NCBI RefSeq assembly: GCF_009914755.1
Contig: NC_060928.1
Length of the DNA stretch: 64,000 nucleotides
Direction: 5' to 3' (one strand)
From: the human T2T-CHM13v2.0 reference genome, Homo sapiens
Part shown: positions 28,301-42,732 of the stretch, one piece after another
How positions within the stretch are numbered: the stretch's first letter is position 1
Layout of the letters: every line of letters begins with the position of its first letter
Made by a program: the position numbers and the translations under genes
The notes under the pieces: model-generated
The model's input: only the letters and a program-made list of their open reading frames with translations
Database searches by the model: none
What the model was told of the DNA's origin: nothing

Positions 28301-28613
28301 TTTCTAAGACGTCTGTTCTTCTCATTGATTGAGTGAAGAACAATCTCCCTCAGTGAGTGAGACACAAAAGGTCTTTTGCACACAGTCGGAACGTGAGTGC
28401 TTCAGTGAGGAAGTGTTTCTCATGCCTCTGGGTCTTTACTCTTGTTGCTGCTGATATACACTTCCAGGAGATGGAGCTATGGCTCAGTTTGAATTCTCAC
28501 ATCTTTTGTGGTCTGCTCAAGGAAAAAAACAAAAAATTAAGATCTCAGAATCTTTTTTGAGCAGTTTAAAAAGTAACCATTGCTGTATGGCATTGGGAGG
28601 TGGGAAATGGATC

Positions 28614-28665
28614 GAACTCTTTTGTATTTAATCTATAGGTTTGTAGATTAAATACAAAAGAGTTC
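28614..28665. repeat. Perfect 22-bp inverted repeat with an 8-nt spacer
   Basis: gaactcttttgtatttaatcta (28614-28635), spacer taggtttg, tagattaaatacaaaagagttc (28644-28665); checked base by base. Confidence 0.97.
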
Positions 28666-30109
28666 CTTAATTTAAAGCATTTTAATACACTGTGTTGGTG
28701 AAAAAGCTTGAAGCTCAGGCTTCTCTTGGATAGAACTCAGGATTTATGACCTCTCTTCAAGACAGAGAAAAAGGCTACTTTTTAGAAAAAGAGAAAACAT
28801 TAAAAGAAATCAGAGTTGTTGTTGGTTGTTTCTAAAGGAAACCAGCTCATTCCAAAATCTGATAAAAGAATCATCCTGTAATTATAATTATTAAAATAGT
28901 GCTGTTTTACTTTTTCCATTTGTCTACCCTAAAATATGTTTATCTAAATGTTCCCCCTTCCACCTGCCCTGGTTTAGCCTTTATTAAAAGTCAGAGTATT
29001 GTTGCGCCTCTGATGAGTTTCAAGTAGGCTTTCATCTCATTATGCACTTTGCATATAAGAAACCTCCAATTTATGGCTGATTTCTCAAAATACAGTAATT
29101 GAGTTTGTTGCCAGCCATGCAGGGTAATCATCCAATCATGAAAACCTGCTCTGTATGGAGGAAAGTGTTCTGGACCAGTGGATTAGGGATGACAGGTGTT
29201 CTTCCTGGTAGCCAGCTGTTTCAGGAGCAGTATCATAGCAGGAGTTTCAGAAATAAGTAACAGCCATGACAACAATCATTGTATTTGAAGAGTGTTTATG
29301 ATTATAGAATGTTCCATGAGCTTCACGTTCCTTGAGCCCCTGATGACCATCCATGTGTGTGAGATTGGTGCTATGAGGTGCTGAATTTATGGACCAGGCT
29401 CACGGAGGAGATGGAGTGATGGAAGTCACACTGCTAGTAAGTGGAAAAGTTTGGCTTCTTGTCCACACCATCAAATGCCTCACTTCATGCGCTAGTGGCA
29501 TGTTTTGTTTGGATGTCTTTGTGAGTGTGCGTGTATGAGTGTGCGTGTGAGTGTGTGTGCAATGATGTAAAATAGTCTTGCTTCTGATGGGCATTTGTGC
29601 ATATCCTCGTGTCTGGCAGGACTATCCAGGGATGCACAGCATAATCAGACTTCTTATCCAAACTGGGGGAGCCCTTATCTGTGTTTGGGACCACCTATAT
29701 GACATCAGTTTAGATAGGAGTAAAAGCGTAGTCAACCAACTATTCCTACTGTTAGATGTTGTCCCGATTTTATCACATTCTTTTGTGTTTGTGTTTAATT
29801 TATAAGTGGTAACATTTGGGTTTTTTATTCTAAGCTTCAAATTCTCTTTACTTTCTTGATTTCTTATTTTAGTTAAAACTAAACAGGGTATTATGGCTGA
29901 TAACTACTAGTTAAAATTAAATTACCATGAAGAGAAAAAGTGAAATTTTATCCTAGTAACATGACGATATTTTTCTTTAAATTATAGGTTTGAATGTGAA
30001 GTTTCATAATACATAGATATGAATTTCTCCCAATCTCTAGCAGCTAGAAATACTCTAGCTAGGTACAAAATATTCATCATGCTAGTTGTTTTAAATATAC
30101 TATCGATAT

Positions 30110-30290
30110 CACATGTAGAAAACCTGGACTTAACTCAGACCTTAGTATGAATTCTGGCTCTTTCTCTTACCAGCAATATAACTGGAGTAAATTATTTATC
30201 ATCTCCGAGTCTTGGTTTCTTCAACCATAAAATGGGGAGGCACTCAACCTCACAGGGACATTGTAGAAGACTGAATAACAAAATAAATCT
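30110..30290 (+). mobile_element. MIR SINE
   Basis: cagaccttagtatgaattctggctct...ctccgagtcttggtttcttcaaccataaaatgggg. Confidence 0.65.
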
Positions 30291-33200
30291 TTAATACTAT
30301 TAATATATTTAAAGATGGTCCTATTGCAGGTTACAATTTTTTTTAACCATTCTTTCTGTCTTTTCCATTCAATGATTTTGTAAATGCCCATTGCTCTGGT
30401 ATTTATTAGGATGTCTGAGTGCTTTTAATTTTGGTCTGAACTGAGTCAAGGAAACAGGTGATTCGTTTTGCCAACGAAATAAGAATTTACTGACTTTCTG
30501 AGTTATGTAAGTTTTGTTTTCCTCTTATAAATTTGAGCAGGGAGCATGTAAATGCTGCTTTCAGAAGAATAAGGGGAAGCAAAGCAAAATGAAATTGAAA
30601 TAATTCCCCAAAAGGATTTCCAAATCATTTCTACTGATTTAGGCAAGAGGGGGTGGGGACTCTGTCAAAAAGGTTCCCTGGACCCAGCAGCATGAGCAAA
30701 CCTGCTGGCACATCTTTGCCACCACAAAAAATTGGCTCTGAAACGACCATTCTGTGTTAGTTTTACCTGCATGTTTTCAGTTGTCACTAGCCTACTCAGG
30801 GGACCGAAGAAGAAAGCTTTTTTCCAGAACCAGTAGGTCTACAGGGGTCTGAGAGCAGGGATCTGCCAACAGAAAATTAGAGTAATAAGGAAAGCACATT
30901 AACAAAGGCTCTTTTTCTTTTAAGAAGCATAAAAAAGAACTGTCCCATCAGATGTGGCTTCTTCTAAGTGTTACTGCACTTAGCAATTTTTAAAATTCTC
31001 AAAATATAAAATACGAGAGAAAAGGAAGTGTGACATTTTACTTTTTGTATGTTTTTCTTCAGACTGGTCTCATATGCTAATTATACCTATAACTTATTCT
31101 ATTTACTTTCACCTATAAGCTATAGATTTAAGTTAGTGAAGGTGTCAGTGTGCTATATATAGGGCCACATCGTTAATTATACATTTTATAACTTTTGGGT
31201 GAATTGAATGCAAGATAGGCCAGATGCTGGGAGTGTTCTGGGTAGAACTGCACTGTTAGACATACACAGGAAGGGATTTAAAGGGGGAAAAAAGCAACTA
31301 TCTCTTCCTAATTCAGCTCAATCTCTAGCTGATTATTTTGGCTTCTCATCTTAATGGTAGCGCCCGAAAATAACTTAGAAAAATAATCACAAACTCTACA
31401 CTCTAAATCTCATATCCTAATAAAGGAACCCTATAAACCAACATTAAGATAGGTGAGAAGAATATAAGTGGTATGCAATTTAAGGAATGAAATAGCAGCA
31501 ATTTGCATTTTTTCTGTCTCATTCAGTAGCATTCATTCTTGTTTCTTATTAAATAAGTCTTGTAAGGTACCTTGAAAACACCAGTGGCAAAGTGATGGAC
31601 CGGTCAAGAGACGCTTTAAAAATGTTGGTCTCCAGGTTTTATAAGCACAGTGCTTTGAGTGTTTCGTGTTTGAAGATGATGAAGATAATTAAATGTAAAA
31701 GAAAAATCTCCTTCAAATAGGGAGCTTGCAAGCAAGATAGGTACATACACCATTAATCATACTGTGATTTAAGCACCTAGAAAGTCATTGCTCAATTATC
31801 ACTGCTAATGAAGAGGAGCAGTAGTGCCGGTGATCCAACATGGCAGCTAGAATAATTTATATTCAAGTCAAAATGACTTTTGGTACTTACATTTGAATAT
31901 AATGGTGTCTGGTATTCTGGGACTCCTAGCTGAGCGCCCAGCAGGCAGGAGGGTTCCCACACATGCACTTGCTCATTGTTCCCTTGCAGAAGCAAAGGAA
32001 GCAAAGGAAGCATGTGTGCTTCAGCCGGTAGAAAACGGCTCAGCGGCTGGGGCTCAGCTTCCTAAACCAGTGACAGGGCGCAGATCGGTGTGTTTGCTAC
32101 TACCCAGGCCTGCAGTGGTGCAGCGGGATTGGGGGAGGGGGATGGGGGAAGACTTCACCTGCCTGATATTTGTGTGTCTGTAGACCATTAGTGGGTAAGT
32201 AAAAGATAATGACGTATAACCAAAAACATTTTAATGAGAGTAAAACAATGCATGAGAAATCAGAGCAGTAGGTCTGCCCAGTTTGCTAAAACAGCCCCTT
32301 CGTAAAAAATATATCATGTTACTTGATTTACCCGAACCCAAGTGCCTAGGCATAACTTATTTCAGCAGTGCCTGCCGTTTAATAGAATACAAGATAAATT
32401 TTTGCATTTCTTCAAACTGTTGTATTTCCTACTTTTAGCCTGATGGTTGGGTTAGATCTAGTTTTTAAAGTGGGGAGAAGAGTATGGCCGGGAGTTACAG
32501 CAGGTGCTTTAAGGAGATGGCAAACATTTCAGGATCAGTGTGGTATTAGAAATAGCTCTGCAGTAGGAAAGCTGCAGAAGTCTTGCAATCTTGCTGTAAT
32601 CAGAAGGCAGTGCGAGTGCTGAGATCATTTTATTACAGAAAGAATGAGATGTGGGAAGGAAGAGAAAATACATATCTATGTTCTTAATCTTAGTATATTG
32701 ACTTATATTTTGTTTCTCTATTTTTCTCATAAGAATCTTTTTTTTTTCCTAAAAGACATTGTTGCAGAATACTTTATCTCAAAACCATCACTGCATCATT
32801 ATAAATGTATTGTTTAGGAGGATTTCAAGGTCTTCCAGATATGAATGAAAAATCATTTATTAGCAGATAAAGTTACTAATTGAATGAGAGGTAACCACGG
32901 TCGCAATTGCACATTGTTTTAACAGTTGTCCCGAGAAGACACTTCCAGACTGATAGGCCTCAAAGAAAAATATGTGTTGTATTCTACAAATATTAATAAT
33001 CTAGACACAAGTGTTAGAGATGAAACTTAGGGAAAAACAATACAATTCATGGCTTCAGTGTTTTTAATATCTAATGGGGGAAATAGTACTCATAGGATTT
33101 ATATAGTATTTTTTTTTATTTTGGCTATACAATTTGCACACTGTGAGTCATGCAAGCTCAATACCGTGTGTTCAGAATGAGAAACTTGTCTTGTTTCATT

Positions 33201-33439
33201 TTTGTATGTTCCCAGTGCAAGGTAAGTTTCTTATACATTTAAGTGCACATAAAATATTTATTGAGCTGAAATAAAAACTATATTTTGCTACTCAAAAGTA
33301 ACCAAATGATCATCATCACAAAGAAATGCATAAAAAGCAGGCTGATGAGAGGATAGTGAAACAGCCATTCTTACTGTCATATATCTTTTTTTCTTTCTTT
33401 TAAAAACTGTAGAGTAAGTAGAATTGAGGTAGCTGGTTC

Positions 33440-33970
33440 TTTGTGTTAGTTATGAGGCTTCTACTTGTGAGTATAATAAAGGTGATCCTAATAGTTAGTG
33501 GAACTATGGTAATTGGTTGGATCTCATAGAGTCTATGGGTAGCAGCTTCAGGCCTAGTTGGATCTAGCTGTTGAAACAATACTGTCAGGGATTCCCGTAC
33601 AGTTCTCGAATCTGCTTTCCTCTCCTTTGGCTTTTTTTCTGACACTGTCTTTTCTCTTACTGACAAGTTGAACTTCAGAAACTTCAGGCTTACATCCTAA
33701 GTACATATCTAATGATAAGGAAATCTGGCAAAAAGGAGTACATATTTCCATAGTTTCACCCACAACATCTGGGCTGACACTTAGAGATTCTGATTGACCT
33801 CTCTTGTATCATAAGCATTTTCTGAGTCAGTTTCTGGAGCTGGAAGAAGTTGGCCACCCTGATTGACCAGACCTGGGTCACATTTCAGAATGAGGAATGC
33901 TCAACTCCCAAAGGAAAGGTAAAATGCTTCTAAGAGTTGTTGGAGAAATGGTTATTGGGCAGACAAAAAG
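33440..33970 (-). mobile_element. Old MaLR LTR (MLT1K/L-like)
   Basis: gcttcaggcctagttggatctag...gattctgattgacc...ctgattgaccagacctgggtcaca...cccaaaggaaa...tgggcagacaaaa. Confidence 0.6.
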
Positions 33971-34249
33971 AGTCTTATGTAGGGTAAGAACTTAAGTGTT
34001 CATTAAGCTGAAGTATAAGATCACTTAAGTATCTTGGCAGACAGAACACCAAGAAGACATGTTAGCCTACAAATAGACACTTTGGAAAATTTAGTCACAA
34101 ATCGTTATGGTGTTCATTTTGGGATAAGGAGTATTTTCTAATATACGAGGAAAATTTTTAATATAAAGATATGGAAAGTAAAGTTTTATTCCTGTGTGAG
34201 TCACTACTTCCTTCAGAGTTTTTCTTTTTTACCCAAATGGTATTTTATC

Positions 34250-34555
34250 AATGAGGCCTTTCCTAACTACTCTCTGTAAAATAAACCATGCCTTACAAGC
34301 CCTTCATGACAGCCCCAGCACTTTCTATGCCCTTTATCTTGCTTTATTATTTTTACATATTTTATTACCATTAGGCATCTCATGTATTGACTTATACATC
34401 CTATACATTTATTGATTATCTGTCTTTCCTTATTAAAATATAAGTTCCATGAAAAATTTATTTACTTCTCACTGTTCATCAAGGTGACCAGTGTTTATTC
34501 GTTGAATAATAAATATTTGGGGAGTGGATATGTGAATGAATGAATGAATGAATGA
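34250..34555 (+). mobile_element. L2a 3' end
   Basis: gaggcctttcctaactactct...aatataagttccatga...aataaatatttg...(tgaa)n tail. Confidence 0.7.
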
Positions 34556-37500
34556 GATGTTTTAAGTGGTCAAATTAGATTTTCAAAAGCCTAAGGAAAT
34601 TCAGTTCTGTGTGAATAGATATAATTATTTCATTGATTATGAGTTTTTAAAATAATAACACATAGAATGAAATTTAAATACATATACTTCTTAAATGTAA
34701 GGGAAAATAATACAGAACACCTGAATTGGCTTTAATTTATCCAATTGTGTTTATTGCTGTAAACCTAAGTTACTAGGTTTTGGTCAGGCTGGAGATTATA
34801 CTGATATTACTTGCGCTATAAATTATGTTGCTATTTATATACTGATATTACACTATAAATTATGTTGTTGCCTCTCTCAGTACTATCAAATGCAATAAAT
34901 AGTAAGTCTATTTAGAGTGAATGGTTCCATAATAGTGGGGTTGTAGTAGACATAAATAATTTTCATGTGTTCATTGATATATAGAAACATCTCAGGTACA
35001 ACTGAGATAATACAATCATTTCTTCCTTGTCAGTGCAGATGCCTCTTTTGTCAACAATATATTGTAGTCAAAGTGTTTTTTTACCAACCACACCCCAGGT
35101 ACTGCAAAACACCGTTCGGAGTGCAAATTGATTTGTGTCTAATTGGGAAGATACATAGACAAGAACAGCACAAAATCAATGCATTTAAGTCCAATTTAAA
35201 CTACATAAGTTGTTCGTTACTTCTTTTTAACCTTCATGATACAGAAATAGGGACATGAACACCTGTACAGACCCAACAAGCCTTCTCTCCTCTGACACTC
35301 TCCCAACATAATCAAATCTTCTCTGTCCTCTGAAGTATACTTAAGGTCTACTTCTCTTTAGATGATATGTGGTGTCTTTGGAATATCTCTTGCATTCTTC
35401 TGTTAAATTGTCATTTATCTTGGTTTCCACAAGTATAGACAAGTCACATTTTGATGTGATCATAAGTGTAGAAACAAGAAAATGTAACATGTATGGATAA
35501 GAAAATGCCAAGCACATACAACGAAAACGTTACATTTAAGACATAGTTTTCTTTGTCCTAGCTATTCTCTATAGCTTCCTCTGTAATGTCAGGCTTCTAA
35601 TAAATGGATTTCCCAAATGTAAAGCTTGTAAGTATCATTCCCTCTGCACAAAAGCCTTCAGTGATCCTTCACTACCTCCAACATAAAGTACCAATACCAT
35701 ACTTAGGTCAATAGTCATAACCCTTTATTAAATGTTTAATTCTTCACCTATTACTCAAAACTGTTTGGAGTCAAAGGGCTTAAGCAAATTCTGTCTTTGT
35801 TCTTGCTGTACTGCATAAAGTATATGAGTGAAGTATCCCCGCATTCTTACATAGGTTTGTGAATTCCTAAGAATTCAATGTCCACCTCAAGTTCCAATTT
35901 CTTCATGAACCCTTATGATATTCCATAACCACCATGCTTTTTCCATTGTTTTGTATGACTTTTTAAATCTTTTCCATATACAGTCATTATCCCATTAATT
36001 TGCCAAAACCTGACCATATCGTATAACTTTCTGGATCCCTAGGACTTAGCTGATAATGATAACTCACTAAATTTGGCTGATACTTGTTGCAGTGATGATT
36101 ATGATAAGAATTATGGTTTATAATATATATTGCATGTTATTGGAAAAAGGCCATGTATTCAGAGGAAATTAGATTGAGAAATAGTTCACTAGTGAGAAAA
36201 TTCATTTTTAAAAATAGAAGGAAATTATTCACAATTTTAATTTTCATATATTTTTACATTAATATATTGATCACAGTATTGATTATACTTACACACTGAG
36301 GGTGCTAATGTTGTGAATTAAATAAAATGATGCGTTTTATATATATGTTATATTTTATAGTTCAAAATATTTTAATACCTTCTTGGCCATGCTATTCGAA
36401 TCCTTAATATTTCTTTAACGCTTTTTGTGCCTATGATAGTTTTGCTTAAAATATCATATAAGATATAATTACATGTATGCCATGGAGCCCTGTATTAAAG
36501 AATATTAAAAAATTACATTATTGTTAGAATTTTTCTAATTGTTCATAGTGTGGGTTGGCCCAGTTTTTTGTGTGCTAAATCTTTTGGAAATTGTTCAGCT
36601 CCACTGAGGTAGAATCTATTTCTCTTTCTTCTTGAATCTAGCCCCCAGGGCCACTGTTATATGAACATTTTACCCTGCTAAATTAAGAAGCCCATCCTTG
36701 TTGTTTTGTATGCACCTTATTTAGGCCATCAGCAGACAAAATGGAAATTGTATTTTGTAACCCACAGTGTGGTCCACAGGGGAAATGAGCAGTTGATAAG
36801 TATATATCCAGTACACTTATTCTAAGTGATAATTAAAATCGGAGCAGAGAAACGCAGAAGGAGCCATGGAATGAAATTGTCAATCTAAAAATTGTCAATT
36901 TGAAAATCTCGCCTGATTTTTCTGCAATCAGCAGTTCAAGGAACCTTATCAAGGACCCATCTCTGCCTTCCTAGGTTCAATTTGGAAGAGAATTAAAAAA
37001 GGAGAAAGAAAGTTTATATTGCATAAAGGCCTGCTGGTGCTACGATAGTTAAGATGATATTGGTGTTTCCATTACATTCTGGGGTGAAATACTGCATAAA
37101 AGGTCAAAGACATGGGTGACTTGTTCCTTACATTAATTAATTAATTAATTGACTTATTTATTTTTTACTCAGATGGAAAATATTATTCTTCTCCTTTAAA
37201 GAAAACTTTGAATTGTTTTGTATTTCAAATGTGTATTATTCAAATATAACCTAACACATTCCCTCCTGAAATTAGACTTTTATGTATGTATGCATAGAAT
37301 CTTTTGTCTTTCCTGTTTCTATACCTTAGCATTCTACTTGAAGAAATGAAATTTTGTTATTGAACTAAGAAAATCAAGAGAATATATGTTGACCAATTTA
37401 ATGCTATACATTTTTATTTCCTGACTCGGGATTCAGTCTTAACTATTCTCAAACAAATGCTATACTATAGAAAATAATCTTTATTATACCATCCCCAAAC

Positions 37501-37559
37501 CTTTTCTAAACCATGCATTTACTATCAAAAACTTCTAAAACAGTTAAAATCAAGAAATA

Positions 37560-37770
37560 ATGTGGGTGCATAGCTCTGGGTTCAAACCCTGACTTACTCC
37601 TTACTGAGTGACCTTAGGCAGCTCATTTAACTTTGCTAAGCTTTAATTTCTTTATCTGTAAAATGGGAATAAAAGTGACTACTTCATCCTAGGCATTTCT
37701 GTGAAAATTAAATGCATAAACAGAGGTTGGCACAGTGCTTGCCACCAAGTAACTGATCAGTAAATGGCTG
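37560..37770 (+). mobile_element. MIR SINE
   Basis: ctgggttcaaaccctgact...gtgaccttaggcag...atctgtaaaatgggaataa. Confidence 0.75.
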
Positions 37771-40307
37771 GCTTTCTAACGGCTACATATGAGATTCTCA
37801 AAGAGCTACCAAATAAAGGTACACTCAAAACCAAAACTATAAAATGAGTCAAATGAAGATGTTGTAGATTGGTTTCTTTCCTATTCATACACGGGAGAAA
37901 CTTTTTTTGATTTTATTGTCCTACTAGGTAAATAGTATACAAATTCTTTAGAAATTGCTTTCTGACATTTTCCCCCACTGTTATAGAGCATAAAGCATTA
38001 AAATTGGACATACCAGGATCAAAGTGGATAAACCATTCATTTGAAAGACCGCTCATTTATTATGGTAGACAATCCCCAAGTGCGCTCTATGGGAAGAAAG
38101 AGAGAGAGAAAAAGAAACTGCCCCCAGAGATGAAGTATTCAGGAAGAACAGAAGAATAGAAGGTAAAAATCTCAGCATTTACAGTTGCCTGGACAATCTA
38201 GCCCAGCAGCAGCATCCTCATATACAGGAAGCTTCAAAACTCCCAGCGTAAGTGCCTGTGGTGTCTGCTGCTGAGCCACATGCTGCTGCTTGAAAAATAT
38301 CTTCCACCACATTAGAAAGCGGGGAGATGAAGCGGCAATTAAGACTAGCAGGACAGTTTTGTGCAACTGCACGACTGGATATTTTCAATATATACTCACC
38401 TCATAAACCAACAGAAAAATCTTATAATGACCCCAACAGATTAGTAGAGTATTGACCTCATATTTGCAAAGCCCATTTCTCCTTTCAGATCTTTAGTAAG
38501 CATCAGCGTGTTTTAAATCATACGTCCAACTAGACGCATTCTATCAGATGCAAAGTATTCGTTTCCTAGGTTATCTAGAGGCACTTGTCCCTGTTCACAA
38601 AAAGGGTTGTGATCAGATGTGAGAAATTGGCAGATTGGGCAATACATGAAATACATTTGCACAGTTTGTAGTGTGAAGTAATCCTACTGTGAACCTTTCT
38701 GTGGAGTGAATATTTGTTCTCTAAATTATATTTTGAGTTAACCCCAGCTTTCATATATACATTGGGAATTTTAAAATTTCAAATATTTGCAAGAGAAAGG
38801 GTAGGAACTAAGAGATATTGAGTAGCTACAATGTGCCAAGCAGAGTGGTACATGTTTTACCTAAGTTATGTTGTTTAATTGCCCTGAAATGCTATTAAAA
38901 ATGAGCAAACTAGTTTGAAAGAGTTAAGTGACTTGCCCAAGGTAATATATACTTGTTTGTGTTTGTATGTGTATATGTGTGTGTGTGTGTGAGAGAGATT
39001 TGAAACCCAGATGTGTCTGATTTTCAAAATTGTCTTTTATAAGCCTGTTATTTCCAACCTGTGAGTCATAGATATTTAGAGGAATGTCAGATTTAGTAAA
39101 CATATGGATTCTTCCCAACAAGCATGTTCTGAAAGCTAAATAGTCTCCATGTAATACCATTTATTGCATATAGGCATTATGATAAATAAAATGCAAATCC
39201 ACCTAAAATATACCTGAAATATAGTATAGTCAATATTTTTGTTTCACTCAAGATGCAGTAAAAGTAGAGCTACTAAAAATGAGAGTTCCATGAGATTTTT
39301 GACATTTGAAATTAATATTTTTTTCCAAAGAGGAGAACCTATTAAACCATATGGAAATAGAGACACACTTTTAAATATTTAACCTCTCTAAACATTCAGT
39401 AAACAAAAATACTCCAGTTTTAAAATAGTTACCCATAGATGATCACATTCTGGCATGTGACAATCTTGCTAAGCTTTTCACAGGCTCTCATGTTAGAGTG
39501 AAGCTTGGAACCAGGCCCAAAAATAACATTTGCGACTGTCAATCCAATGGCAGACACCACGGATAAAGAGGACGTCTTGTTGGTCTTTCCAATTACATCA
39601 ACATGCAGCTATTGAGAGGAGGTGGCAGTGCTACTAACATGATCCCAACACTGGCCTCTATTTCTACTTCTTCTAGCACCTTCCACTCTTTAATCTTTTG
39701 AGCAATATCTAAAACTTGAGTCACTGCAAAATGTCATATTCGGGAATTTGATTTCATGGATGACACCACATTCTGAACATAGTGGGAGTATATTCTGTCA
39801 TGTGGCCATGATGGTACTGTAGCAAATGAGAATTGTCAACAGATATGTCATTGCAGTAGTATAATAAATAGCATATTGGTGGCCCGAAACAGTTAATAAT
39901 CTTGGTAGAACTTCTAACTTGCACAAGAATAATGACTCAAGGCACTGGGGAGAGATAGGAACAATAAGTTTAGTTTTTCTTTTATTTCAATAATTGTTTT
40001 GATTTTCTTTTTGACCTCTATCATGCAGCTAATGAAGTTAGTGATTTGGGGTCTAGGCAAACATTTCTGCTTGACATACTATTTAGATGATTAAAATAAC
40101 TTTTTTGTACCACTTTATGTGGAATTATTGGGAATTAAAGCTTTTTTCCAAGCATTGAGTTGCAAATGTTTACCAACACCTTCCCACTAGGATCAATTTA
40201 TTCTGCTTCTAGGGTAAACCTGCTACTAGTTTTAAGGTCGGTGTTCACTGCTTAACTGACTTCAAAATATTTTCCCATCAATATCCACTTGGGAGTTTTA
40301 TTGGTAG

Positions 40308-40660
<353 letters not shown>

Positions 40661-41934
40661 TCCTATAGACTCTTTGTCCTGTTAACGCTGACCACCCATT
40701 GAATCAAGGTTAGATGAGAGTTAGAAGTCCCAAGTGGGAATTCTTCTTCCTTGGCTTAAATGAAGTATTCATAGACATTGCTGGAAATAGGAGGAGGGTA
40801 ACCTATAGAAACAAGAGAGAGTTTACAGTAATTTTAAAGCTAGCCTATGATATAGTTTTTAGACACTGACCATACTCAATACCAGATGTCTGACATCACA
40901 GACTAGATCAGATATGTCATATAGTCATGGTCTTTACATTCACATTTTTATTAAGATGTTTCTGATGACCTCTGTGCCTAGACTTGATGGGTCTCATACC
41001 TTGTCAAACACAAATCTAGTATGACTATAGACCTTCTTTTGCTGTCCTTCAGTTTCAAATCCTCTCCCTGTTCAGTAAAATCTACTGCTACATTAACTAA
41101 ATTTAAATCTACATTTAATATATTTTTAGAACTGCTTTTATCTGAAGGCATAATTTCCATTTTTTAGTACATCACTTTAAAATACACACATGAAGGATTC
41201 TTTTAAAATGTGAAGGATTGATAGATAGATAATGAAAGTCTGTTCACTATTTATTATATGTGTAACACCCATTTCAGGCGAGAGGAGTGAAACTTGTACA
41301 AAGAAGTTAGAAAAAAACACTCCTGTTTTGGTCCATGATTCTTGGGTTTTAATTCTCGGAAAGTGAAAACTATCTCACATATTGTTATGCATGTAGCATC
41401 CAGAATACATATCCATTGCATTTGCAAACACAGCACAGTTCAATGAATATTAGCAAAGGTCATGTGGTTTGCAAAAGTGATCAGCTAATTTCACTGTGCA
41501 AACTTTGACAAGTGTTTATATTCTATAGGAAGATCAGCATTGATTCAGTGTATTGAGAATAAGTAGAAGTCAAGCATTAAAAGTCCCACTTCATGTAGAT
41601 AATAATTTAATTTCTAGTTCTCATAATTCAGTTTGAAAGATGTTCAAATTTATTAGACTAATTCCTCAAACTAAGAAAAAAAGAAACTTTCAAATCCCTT
41701 GAAGTTTTGTCAAATGCTAGCTCCCTGAGTATAGCTCATATACAACTTGTTGATGATACAAAGCTATATTTGTTTATTGCAATAGGTGATTACTACATTT
41801 ACAGAATCTTAGAACCATCTTAGAGAGGGGAGAGAATGGTGGAATAGATTTTGGACACTTTTAAACAAGAGTTTGATGAAGATTGTGTGAGTTCTTGACC
41901 TAATGGTTTAAGGTTCATGGACAAAGCTTGCTGA

Positions 41935-42257
<323 letters not shown>

Positions 42258-42732
42258 AGTCTTATAGATTAAATAAGCCTAATTGAGCTATCTAGCTAAC
42301 TAGTTCTTTACTTTTAAGAAGCTCCTAAAACAAACAATAACGTTACTTACAGTTTTATCTATCTGGGTAAAAGTTTTGTAACAAAGTAAGGGTATGTTAA
42401 CTCAGACAATAAGCTGTGGGGGTGTATATGGTTTTGGTTACTAGTTGAAAACAGTGACTTCAACACCAGCCAGCTAATATAGCCATGACACCTATAATTT
42501 TTCTTTTTATTGAAAGTTTCTATATGCAAAAACATAGTTTTAAACTTATTAAATGGAAACACTATAAATATTTGGGTATGTAACCAAGAACTTTTATTTA
42601 ATTTTAAACAAAGGCAGCTGTACAACTAAAATAATGTTGAAAATATATCCAGTATCTCAGAACCACATTAAAGAAAAAAATATAATCCTAGATAATGACA
42701 GGAAGACTGGAGATAGTACACTACTAGAGGTC

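Noticed and set aside
33987-34036. Imperfect inverted repeat aagaacttaagtg ... cacttaagtatctt
   Set aside because: Short, imperfect and AT-rich, with no supporting context.
38172-38372. 66-aa ORF with a hydrophobic, signal-peptide-like start
   Set aside because: Non-ATG start, short and no recognisable homology.
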